Made by a program: the position numbers and the translations under genes
In this document: positions 1 to 8,063 of the stretch, piece by piece
How positions within the stretch are numbered: the stretch's first letter is position 1
How the letters are laid out: each line of letters opens with the position of its first letter
The notes under the pieces: model-generated
Told to the model about the DNA's origin: nothing
Database searches by the model: none
Seen by the model: the letters and a program-made list of their open reading frames with translations, nothing else
Source of the DNA: Nannocystales bacterium
Lineage (GTDB): Bacteria; Myxococcota_A; Polyangia; Nannocystales; Nannocystaceae
Assembly: GCA_050633305.1 (NCBI GenBank)
Contig: JBOEGF010000038.1
Location: 1-64,000, forward strand
Length of the DNA: 64,000 nucleotides
Reading direction: 5' to 3'

Positions 1-228
1 GAAGGCGGAGGGGAAGAAGGCGATGGTGGCAGCCAGACTCCCGCCGCTTGCGTGCAGTTCGGGAGTGTCTACTGCGGCTGCCTTGGGGACGTGGCAGCGC
101 CAGACTGTGTTCAAGGCGCGACCCAGAGCTGCGCGGATGTTTACGACTTGTGTCCGTCGTACTGGACGTGCGTGAACGCGAACCTCAACTCCTGCGACCT
201 CGACCACACGGAGTGCAACTGTGAGTAG
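1..228 (+). CDS. Partial (3' end) Cys-rich secreted protein or lipoprotein
   Basis: Frame 1 is open from the window edge: EGGGEEGDGGSQTPAACVQFGSVYCGCLG...CDLDHTECNCE, TAG at 226-228. It overlaps the GTG of the next gene and is absent from the ORF track. Confidence 0.7.
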   Translation, partial: EGGGEEGDGGSQTPAACVQFGSVYCGCLGDVAAPDCVQGATQSCADVYDLCPSYWTCVNANLNSCDLDHTECNCE

Positions 229-931
229 CCGAGCTCGACCGGTGCTTCGGCTCGCCTCCATCGCGGCAACGGTGGTGTTCGCGGGGTTTCTCGGTTGCGC
301 GGATGGATCGCAGCCGGAGGCCGGGGAAGAGCTCGGCCCCTGCGTGGAGGGCTATTGCCTCGGTGCGTTGGAGTGCGTCCGCGAGCGTTGTGTGGATCCC
401 GACCAAGCCGCCTCGGGCGGCGAAGAGGAGTCCTGGGAGTCGGATGACGAGGGGGTCCAGCCCCCGGCTGACGACTCCGACCCGGACCCAGACTCCGATG
501 GCGCGGCACCGACAGACGAGCCTTGGTGCACTCTGGCCGCGGACACCCAGTGCATCTGCGGGTGGAGTGAGGACTACGGTGCGCCTGACGCCCCGTGCGG
601 ACCCGCTGTGATCCCTGGACCTTCGAGGTGTTGCGCGAGTCCGGGATGGCCGGAGGCAGATGCCTCCTGTTCCTGTGAGACGCTCGGCTGTTGGACCAAT
701 GGAGCGAGTTGTTTCTGTACGGGTGACCAGGGAAACAACGAGCATCTTGAGAAGGTGGGGACCTGTGATGCCCCGTCCGGGGGCACGTGCTGCCTCGACC
801 ATGGAACGCACATCTGTCGTTGTAGCGACCGAACTGAATGCGACGACTTGGGCACATCGGTTCCCTCGTGCGAGGTCGAGCTGTTGGGCTGTCTCGAGAC
901 GTTCGACTCCGTCAGCGTCTGTGTCGAGTGA
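221..931 (+). CDS. Cys-rich lipoprotein, hypothetical
   Basis: Signal peptide with lipobox FLGC, acidic D/P linker, many Cys. Confidence 0.75.
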   Translation: MSSRARPVLRLASIAATVVFAGFLGCADGSQPEAGEELGPCVEGYCLGALECVRERCVDPDQAASGGEEESWESDDEGVQPPADDSDPDPDSDGAAPTDEPWCTLAADTQCICGWSEDYGAPDAPCGPAVIPGPSRCCASPGWPEADASCSCETLGCWTNGASCFCTGDQGNNEHLEKVGTCDAPSGGTCCLDHGTHICRCSDRTECDDLGTSVPSCEVELLGCLETFDSVSVCVE

Positions 932-984
932 CCTCGAGCGCAGAGTCGGGCCCCAGGGCTTCGACCGGTGACAACCTGGAGAAC

Positions 985-2223
985 TCAGACTCGTGACGTA
1001 CTGACCTCAAGCGGGGGAAAGGGGTTGGGCAGCCGAGCCCACGCGCGGCTGTCGGTCCCCGCTTGGGCTTCGTCGAGTAGGCAGGCGTCGAGACGACGGC
1101 GGAGTGCGGCCTCGTCCATCTGCTGACCGATGAAGACGAGTTGCTGGCCTCGGTCGCCGAACCGCTCGTCCCAGTCTTGCTGCTCGTCGGGTCGCTCTCC
1201 GTTCGGCTGCGTCCAGCGGTCCCGGGGTACGGCTGCCCACCACATGCCCATGGGGCTCACGTTGGTGACTCCGCCGGCCTGTCCCCATTCGTAGGCGACG
1301 CGTGAGTCCGACGCGACCCAGAAGAAGCCTTTGGATCGAAGGACGCCGTCCCAGGTTGCCGAGTCGTTGAGAAACGCCCAGAGTTTTGCCGCATCGAAGG
1401 GCTGTCGGCATCGGTAGGTGAAGCTCGAGATCCCGTACGATTCGGTCTCTGGGGTGTGTTCCCCGTTGAGTTCGCGAATCCAGCCCGCGCTCGCCGCGGC
1501 CTTGTCGTAGTCGAACAGGCCTGTGTCCAAGATGGCCTTCGGCGGCACCCGGCCCTGTGTCGAAGGGACCACGCGCGCCCCCGGGTTGAGTGCTTCGAGC
1601 ACGGCCTGAACCTCACGAGCTTGGACCGGGTCCACCAGGTCGAGCTTGTTGAGCACGATGACGTCTGCGAACTCGATCTGCTCGATGAGAAGGTCGGTTA
1701 CGGTTCGTTCGTCGTCCTCGCCTAGGGTTTCCCCGCGTTCGGCGAGAGCTTGGGCGGCGTTGTAGTCGCGCATGAAGTTGGCTGCGTCCACGACGGTGAC
1801 CATCGTGTCGAGACGCGCGACCTGTCCCAGGCTCACCCCGTTCTCGTCTTCGAATGTGAAGGTCTGCGCGACCGGGATCGGCTCGGAGATTCCCGTCGAC
1901 TCGATCAGCAGATAGTCGAACCGACCTGCCTGAGCCAGTGAGGAGACCTCTGCCAACAGGTCATCTCGCAACGTGCAACAGATGCAACCGTTGGTCATCT
2001 CGACAAGCTTCTCTTCCGTGCGGGACAGGGATGCCCCGCCGCGGTCGATCAGGGCCGCATCGATGTTCACCTCGCTCATGTCGTTGACGATCACCGCGAC
2101 CCGGAGCCCCTCCCGGTTGGTGAGGACCTCGTTGAGCAAGGTCGTCTTGCCCGCGCCGAGAAAGCCGGAGAGCACGGTGACCGGAAGTCGTGCGGAAGGC
2201 GGCTGCGGCGTCGGTTCGGTCAT
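985..2223 (-). CDS. zigA: COG0523/CobW-family zinc metallochaperone GTPase (ZigA/YciC-like)
   Basis: Walker [20 protein letters not shown] metal motif, [19 protein letters not shown], and CobW_C motifs RSKGFFW and QQLVFIG. Confidence 0.92.
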   Translation of the reverse strand: MTEPTPQPPSARLPVTVLSGFLGAGKTTLLNEVLTNREGLRVAVIVNDMSEVNIDAALIDRGGASLSRTEEKLVEMTNGCICCTLRDDLLAEVSSLAQAGRFDYLLIESTGISEPIPVAQTFTFEDENGVSLGQVARLDTMVTVVDAANFMRDYNAAQALAERGETLGEDDERTVTDLLIEQIEFADVIVLNKLDLVDPVQAREVQAVLEALNPGARVVPSTQGRVPPKAILDTGLFDYDKAAASAGWIRELNGEHTPETESYGISSFTYRCRQPFDAAKLWAFLNDSATWDGVLRSKGFFWVASDSRVAYEWGQAGGVTNVSPMGMWWAAVPRDRWTQPNGERPDEQQDWDERFGDRGQQLVFIGQQMDEAALRRRLDACLLDEAQAGTDSRAWARLPNPFPPLEVSTSRV

Positions 2224-2237
2224 AGTAGTGCATGCTC

Positions 2238-2271
2238 ACGCAATTCGATTGCATATGCAACGCGGTGCGAT
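2238..2271. promoter_or_regulatory. Two tandem Zur-like boxes in the divergent zigA-rpmG promoter
   Basis: ACGCAAT-TCG-ATTGCAT (2238-2254) and ATGCAAC-GCG-GTGCGAT (2255-2271). Each matches 11/14 positions of the ATGCAACnnnGTTGCAT deltaproteobacterial Zur-type palindrome as I recall it. Both flanking genes are typical zinc-starvation genes. Confidence 0.65.
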
Positions 2272-2283
2272 TAGAACGTCGCA

Positions 2284-2448
2284 ATGGCCGCCAAGGGAAC
2301 CCGAGTGAACGTCCGCCTCGTTTCGAGCGCAGGCACCGGCTACACCTACTCCACGACCAAAAACCGCCGAAACACGCCAGAGCGAATGCGGCTCATGAAG
2401 TACGACCCCGTGATTCGTGCTCGCGTCGAGTTCGTCGAGGCGAAGTAG
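2284..2448 (+). CDS. rpmG: 50S ribosomal protein L33, Cys-free (zinc-independent) form
   Basis: [54 protein letters not shown] (54 aa). Carries the L33 motifs SSAGTG, TTKNRRN and KYDP, with no Cys. Below the ORF-track length cut-off. Confidence 0.95.
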   Translation: MAAKGTRVNVRLVSSAGTGYTYSTTKNRRNTPERMRLMKYDPVIRARVEFVEAK

Positions 2449-2605
2449 CCGCCAACTGACGGCGCGGCGTGATGCAAGCCCCGTGGGACGAAACCTCGGG
2501 CAACCCATCCCATCGCGGATGACGTCGAAACAAATGGGGGCGGTGTCATCGCCAGGCGCCCGATCGTCACCCTGGGCTCGCGGGATCTCGTGCTACGGAG
2601 GCTGG

Positions 2606-3670
2606 ATGGACGCGCGACGCCTCCTCGCCTTCGTATTGCTCGCCCTGGGCCAGTCCTCCTGCGGAAAGCCGGACGCCGACGAAGCGGACACCGAATCGAC
2701 CGCCGCGAGCACCACCGGGGTCGCCGACGCCTCGACGGTCACGACGTCGGCGACGAGCACTGACGAGACCTCATCGGCGCACTCGGACTCCGGGAAGGCG
2801 GGAGGCAGTACGGGCGAGGACGATCCGACCTCCGGCGCGAGTTCGAGCGGGGAGCCCGGCTCGGAAGGGATCGTTGACACCGTTCAACTCTCGGAGCCCT
2901 ACGGCTTCGACGGTCTGTACATGGACCCTCGAGGCGTGTTGTTCGGGGCCGGCGGATGGCAGGACGACGCTGTTGTCCGTATCGGTGACGATGGGACCAT
3001 CAGTCCGTTTTCGACTGGGCACGGGGGCCCGATTCACCTGACCTTGGGCGGCGACGGCTTCTACTACGTCACGAACTACACGGACAACACGCTGCGACGC
3101 GTGCCACCCGACGGTGGGGCGCCGACAACCATTGCCACTGGTCTCGACGGACCCTCCGGGGCCGTGACCGCAGCGGACGGAACCGTCTACTTCGTCGGGT
3201 GGGGCGTCGAAGGGAACACGGGCCGCTTTCTCTACCGAGTCACCGAAGACGGCGACGTTGTCGTGCATGTCGATGGCGAAGGGCTGCAGGTCCCGCAAGG
3301 ACTCGCAGCTGACGAACGCGGCAACCTTTACGTCGCCAACGCGGTCGATGGTCGTGTCCATCGCGTTGCGCCCGAGGGCACCGTCTCCTTGCTCGGGCAG
3401 CTGCCCAGCGGCGCGAACTACAACGTCGCCCACATGCTCTACGGCAACGGACGTCTCTACGCGACCGGTGGGGAAAACAACGTCATCTACGCGATCGAGC
3501 TCGACGGCGCGGCCACGTTTTGGGGCACAGGCGACGCCGAGACGATTGACGGACCGCTCGAGCAGGCAGCCTTCGACCGCCCTGGCGGCCTCGCGTTGAG
3601 CCCCGACGGGACGACGTTGTGGGTTTCAGGCGGAGGCGGAACCAGCCTCCGTCGGATAAGGTTCAACTGA
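2606..3670 (+). CDS. Lipoprotein with NHL/Vgb-like beta-propeller
   Basis: GGAGG RBS before ATG 2606; signal peptide ending in QSSC; S/T-rich linker; repeats such as PQGLAADERGNLYVAN and FDRPGGLALSPDG. Confidence 0.8.
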   Translation: MDARRLLAFVLLALGQSSCGKPDADEADTESTAASTTGVADASTVTTSATSTDETSSAHSDSGKAGGSTGEDDPTSGASSSGEPGSEGIVDTVQLSEPYGFDGLYMDPRGVLFGAGGWQDDAVVRIGDDGTISPFSTGHGGPIHLTLGGDGFYYVTNYTDNTLRRVPPDGGAPTTIATGLDGPSGAVTAADGTVYFVGWGVEGNTGRFLYRVTEDGDVVVHVDGEGLQVPQGLAADERGNLYVANAVDGRVHRVAPEGTVSLLGQLPSGANYNVAHMLYGNGRLYATGGENNVIYAIELDGAATFWGTGDAETIDGPLEQAAFDRPGGLALSPDGTTLWVSGGGGTSLRRIRFN

Positions 3671-3833
3671 GCGCCTGTGCCCCATGCGAGTTCTTGGGTG
3701 CACGTTCGGACACTCCTATAACGGCCAAACGGTCCGGGGGCCGCGCTTATTGTTAGTAGTCCGTGTGCGGAACAACGTACAGGCTTGTCGGCATGCGTCG
3801 TCGGCCGGCCGCCATTGAGAGTTCCGCCATCCA

Positions 3834-3888
3834 CGATGCCGAGTCCGGCTAGAGCGACTCTTTTTCGTCGCTGCTAGCATCGGCGTCG
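3834..3888 (+). promoter_or_regulatory. Long stem-loop abutting the start codon of the multiheme cytochrome gene
   Basis: Nested pairings CGATGCCGA/TCGGCGTCG, GCTAG/CTAGC and AGCGAC/GTCGCT around the loop TCTTTTTC; ends at 3888, immediately before ATG 3889. Confidence 0.45.
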
Positions 3889-6800
3889 ATGGTCTCGTCG
3901 ACGCGATGTTGTGTAGTCCGGGCAACCCTCGGACTCTCTTTGGCCGGCGTTCTTTTCGGCTGCGACGAGCCGCCAGATGCACCGGCGAAGCCCAAGACTG
4001 CAGTTGAGCCCGCAGTTGAGACCCCTGGACCACCGGAGGCTTCCGGGCTGCCCCCGAAGCCCAGCGAGTGGGTGTGCGCCGATGCAGTATCCGAGGCGGA
4101 GCTCGACAAGAAAATCACAGCGTGGTGCGCCGAGCCCCGTGCTCAAGACAAGAGTCCCCTGGGTCCGCCCCAGCCCTTGTCAAAACTCGAGGACAAGAAC
4201 GCTTTCGACAAGTCGATGGCGGAGTTCCTCAACTCGGGTGAATACAGCACGAAGCTCGGTTGGGTGCACGACGAGCATTGGCGCCTGACCGGGCCGTGCG
4301 TGGGCGAGGCGGATGACCGTTGCGAAGAATCCTACGGTGTCCATCCGGCGGTGAGGATCTGGTATTCGCCCGAGGTCGTCGACTGGCTATGTGCCGGCCG
4401 AGCGGGGGAGATCCCCGACGGGGCAATGATCGTCAAGGAGATGCACTCCCTGGCGTCCGGATTGAAGATCGGGGTGGACTCGAAGAGCTGCATGTCGATC
4501 CAAGACGCGCCAACCGAGGCCGACTCTTGGACCCTGATGATCAAGCGAAAGAGCGAGTCCTTCGACGGATGGTACTGGGCGGGCATCAGCCGAGACGCGT
4601 CGGGGAATCCACCCATCGTGGACGCGTCTGCGTTTGTGGATGCCAAGGCTGTGCCGGTCGACCCTGCGGCGCCCGTGAACACATGGTTTCCGACCGGTGA
4701 CATCTTTGGCGCCGCGGTCCCCGGCGGCGCGAAGGTGTCCAATGTTGTCTACCCGTACAACATGTTCGGGAACTACTGCCTCAACTGCCACGCGTCGGCG
4801 GTGAGCGAGTCGACCTTCTCAACGCTTCGAAACGTGCTCGGGCTGGAGATGCAGTACAAGTGGTTTGCCGATCCGACCAAGGAAGACCCGCCGTCCGCGA
4901 AGGTCCCTGCGGGGAGTCTGCATGGAGAGGGAGGGGCGGATCCCGAGGCCTCCGACGACTATGTCAGCCCGTTCTCTGCGGCGCTGCCAACCGCGGATCC
5001 GGCCTTCGTGGAGTTCTTCGATCAGCTCTCTGAGGTGAGCTACGCCCAGGCGTGGACGAAACGCCTACCCGCGGAGACCTACGACCACGTGCCTTCAGGG
5101 TCCGAGGGCCCCAGTCAGTTCCTGACGTCGGACCAATGTGTCGGCTGTCACGACGCGACAGCCTCGAACTCCAGCACGCCGAACATGCAACTCGCCGCGG
5201 AGGACCCCAAGCGCATGGTCAACCTCTCTCCGTATGGCGAGTGGAGGGCATCACCCATGGGCCTCGCGGGTCGCGACCCGATCTTCTTCTCCCAGCTGCA
5301 GAGTGAGACCAACAACCTCCCTGCGCTCACGGAGTGCATCGAAACCACGTGCCTGCACTGCCATGGGGTGATGGGACAGCGGCAGCTCAGCATCGACACC
5401 AAGCCCAACCCCAAGTGCGACGACCTCTTTGGGGTCAAGCCGCCGGCTGAGGTGCCCTTTGGCGAGCCGTTCCGGCTCAGCATGGTCACGCAGTGGTCCG
5501 AGTCGCAACCCAACGCGGAACAGAAGTACGGGGCGTTGGCTCGCGACGGAATCTCGTGCGCCGCATGCCATCACATCGCGGACCAGGAGCTCGGCGAAGA
5601 GACCACCTTCACCGGGAACTTCATCACGGGCGCTGCCGACACCCTCTTCGGGCCCTTCGAGGATGTCGTGACGAAGCCGATGGAGCATACGCTCGGGGTC
5701 ACGCCGAAGAAGGGCGCCCAGATGTCGGACTCGAAGGTGTGTGGCACATGCCACGCCATCTTGCTGCCGAAGGTGACGAACGCGGGCAAGATCGTCGGCT
5801 ACTCATTCGAGCAAACCACGTTTCTCGAGTGGCAAAACTCCGACTCGGGTCGTGGACCAGACGCGCAGTCCTGCCAGGACTGTCACATGCCGCACACGTT
5901 CAAGGACCAGCCGCTCACCTTCGAGATCGCCAACATCGAGTCGTCGGCATTCGCCCCCACGGATGGTCGCCTTCCCGACGCAGACATCACCCTCACGCCG
6001 AGGAAGCACTATCGGCGGCACGCGTTGCACGGGCTCAACGTCTTCCTCAACGAGATGTTCCAGCAGTTTCCGCTTCTGCTGGGTTTACGGCAGATCGACT
6101 ACATGACCGGTGACGCGGTGACCCCACCGCTGATCACGGGCGAAGAGTCGATGTTGCACATGGCCAAACATGAGACGGCCACGGTCAGCGTCCAGAAGGC
6201 CGTCCGGTCGAAAGACGACATCACGGTGTCCGTCAACGTCGTCAACAAGGGGGGGCACTTCTTCCCCTCCGGGGTGGGCTTCCGACGTGCCTTCTTGGAG
6301 GTCGTGGCAGTCGACGGCAACGGGACCGCGTTGTGGGCCTCGGGTCGGACCAACTCGCTTGGGGTGTTGGTCCAGGGAACCGGAGATACGCCCCTGGACT
6401 CCGAGCTACCGCTGAAACACCCGAAAGCGTATCAGCGCCACTACACGGAGGTGACGGGGCAAGACCAGGTGCAGATCTACGAGGAGGTGATCGCGGACTC
6501 CGACGGAGCGATCAGCACGAGCTTCCTCAGACGCATCGATACGCTCAAAGACAACCGCCTACGCCCCAAGGGATTCGACCCAGCCTACTTTGCAAAGTCC
6601 GAGTCCCCCTTCGTGCAGGCCCTTGCGTACGAGTGTCCGGGCGGAGACCGGGCCAAAATGAAGGACAAGCGATGCCAAGACCCTGACTACGCTGATCCCA
6701 AGCGCACGGGACAGGACCAGCTGACCTATGTGATCGCGCTGGACCCTGTCTCCTTGGCCGAGGTCGCTGACATCAACGTGACCCTGTACTACCAGGCGAT

Positions 6801-6999
6801 TCCTCCCGCCTACCTGCAGGAGCGCTTTCGTGACGCCAATCGAGGTCCCAAGGACAAGTCGGAGATCGAGCGGCTGTACTACCTGACCAGCCACCTCAAC
6901 ACCGCCGCCGAAGGCCTCGACGACAGTGAGGTGATCCCGCAATGGAAGCTGAAGGTCGCGGCGACCTCGGCACCCGTCACCACGGGAGCCACGCCGTGA
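3889..6999 (+). CDS. Lipoprotein multiheme cytochrome c: N-terminal cytochrome P460-like domain plus five additional hemes
   Basis: Lipobox LFGC; P460-like motifs GAMIVKEMH, WTLMIK, DGWYWA and YCLNCH; further CxxCH motifs CVGCH, CLHCH, CAACH, CGTCH, CQDCH (six in total); C-terminal GHFFPSGVGFRRAFLEV domain. Confidence 0.85.
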   Translation: MVSSTRCCVVRATLGLSLAGVLFGCDEPPDAPAKPKTAVEPAVETPGPPEASGLPPKPSEWVCADAVSEAELDKKITAWCAEPRAQDKSPLGPPQPLSKLEDKNAFDKSMAEFLNSGEYSTKLGWVHDEHWRLTGPCVGEADDRCEESYGVHPAVRIWYSPEVVDWLCAGRAGEIPDGAMIVKEMHSLASGLKIGVDSKSCMSIQDAPTEADSWTLMIKRKSESFDGWYWAGISRDASGNPPIVDASAFVDAKAVPVDPAAPVNTWFPTGDIFGAAVPGGAKVSNVVYPYNMFGNYCLNCHASAVSESTFSTLRNVLGLEMQYKWFADPTKEDPPSAKVPAGSLHGEGGADPEASDDYVSPFSAALPTADPAFVEFFDQLSEVSYAQAWTKRLPAETYDHVPSGSEGPSQFLTSDQCVGCHDATASNSSTPNMQLAAEDPKRMVNLSPYGEWRASPMGLAGRDPIFFSQLQSETNNLPALTECIETTCLHCHGVMGQRQLSIDTKPNPKCDDLFGVKPPAEVPFGEPFRLSMVTQWSESQPNAEQKYGALARDGISCAACHHIADQELGEETTFTGNFITGAADTLFGPFEDVVTKPMEHTLGVTPKKGAQMSDSKVCGTCHAILLPKVTNAGKIVGYSFEQTTFLEWQNSDSGRGPDAQSCQDCHMPHTFKDQPLTFEIANIESSAFAPTDGRLPDADITLTPRKHYRRHALHGLNVFLNEMFQQFPLLLGLRQIDYMTGDAVTPPLITGEESMLHMAKHETATVSVQKAVRSKDDITVSVNVVNKGGHFFPSGVGFRRAFLEVVAVDGNGTALWASGRTNSLGVLVQGTGDTPLDSELPLKHPKAYQRHYTEVTGQDQVQIYEEVIADSDGAISTSFLRRIDTLKDNRLRPKGFDPAYFAKSESPFVQALAYECPGGDRAKMKDKRCQDPDYADPKRTGQDQLTYVIALDPVSLAEVADINVTLYYQAIPPAYLQERFRDANRGPKDKSEIERLYYLTSHLNTAAEGLDDSEVIPQWKLKVAATSAPVTTGATP

Positions 7000-8063
7000 T
7001 GCCCAACCCCCAGGACACGCTGCTCGCCTCGGTTCGGGACCGTCTTCAGATTGCAGTCGAACTCGAACTCGCAACGCTCCCTCCGTATCTCTACGCGATG
7101 TGGTCGGTGCGAGACCGCAACAGCGCCGCTGGAATGCTCGTCCGTGGCGTGCTGATGGAGGAGATGTTGCACATGGTCATGGCGTGCAACCTGCTCTCGG
7201 CTGTGGGAGGCACGCCTACGCTCGGCGAGGGAAGGCGTGTGCCGACGTACCCCGGACCGCTCCCTGCCCACTCCAAGACGGTCAACGCCTTCGATGTCCA
7301 CCTCGACCGTTTGTCCGTGGAGGCGGTTGTCGGGTTCATGCAGATCGAGCTCCCCGCTGCCGAGGATGCCCGGCCGGAGGCCGACAACTGGGAGACCATC
7401 GGGCAGTTCTACGACTCGATCGCCCGGGACCTCGCGCAGCTGGACCCCAGCTGCTTCACCGGCGGGCATCAGGTCTCCTCTGGGAGCTTCGCCCCCGGCA
7501 CGCTCTACACGGTTCAGACTCCGCAGGACGCGAGCCGAGCGATGCAGGAGATCGTCCTCCAGGGCGAAGGGCATGCACGCTCGGGGCTCGACGACCAGGG
7601 CGAGCTCGCCCACTACTACCAGTTTCGCAACCTGTACTTTGCCATGGGTGGTCGCGACCACGATGGGTTCGAGCGCTTCGATGCGGCGACCTTTCGGGAA
7701 GCACTCGACGGCGACAAGTACCGGGCGTTTCAGGACGCGGAGGTCCACCCCGTGGTCCGAGACCCAGACCCTGAGACCTACCCCGCGGGCGCCCAAGTGC
7801 TCGACCGAGGCTTCAACAGCGCGTTCTCAGACATGTTGGACTCGTTGTTCGAGAAGGTGACCGACCCGGCCAACTTCAAGACGTTGTGGGGAGGCCAGGC
7901 GCTGTGCGGGATGTTGGAGTTGGGGCCGTTCGCTGCAGCGTTGCGGCAATTCGAGGTGCCGGGCGGGGAGGGTCTTGCCGGGCCCTCGTTCCGCTACCTC
8001 CCGCCCGCCGAGCGTATGGACAGACGCGCCCGCAAGCGTCGTCTCGAGGAGGTGTCGTCATGA
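6999..8063 (+). CDS. Ferritin-like domain protein (PF12902 type, homologous to the VioB/RebD/StaD C-terminal domain)
   Basis: LQIAVELELATLPPYLYAMWS, EEMLHM...NLLSAVGG, TIGQFY, IVLQGEG, ELAHYYQF. ATG overlaps the upstream TGA (TGATG at 6997-7001). Confidence 0.88.
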   Translation: MPNPQDTLLASVRDRLQIAVELELATLPPYLYAMWSVRDRNSAAGMLVRGVLMEEMLHMVMACNLLSAVGGTPTLGEGRRVPTYPGPLPAHSKTVNAFDVHLDRLSVEAVVGFMQIELPAAEDARPEADNWETIGQFYDSIARDLAQLDPSCFTGGHQVSSGSFAPGTLYTVQTPQDASRAMQEIVLQGEGHARSGLDDQGELAHYYQFRNLYFAMGGRDHDGFERFDAATFREALDGDKYRAFQDAEVHPVVRDPDPETYPAGAQVLDRGFNSAFSDMLDSLFEKVTDPANFKTLWGGQALCGMLELGPFAAALRQFEVPGGEGLAGPSFRYLPPAERMDRRARKRRLEEVSS

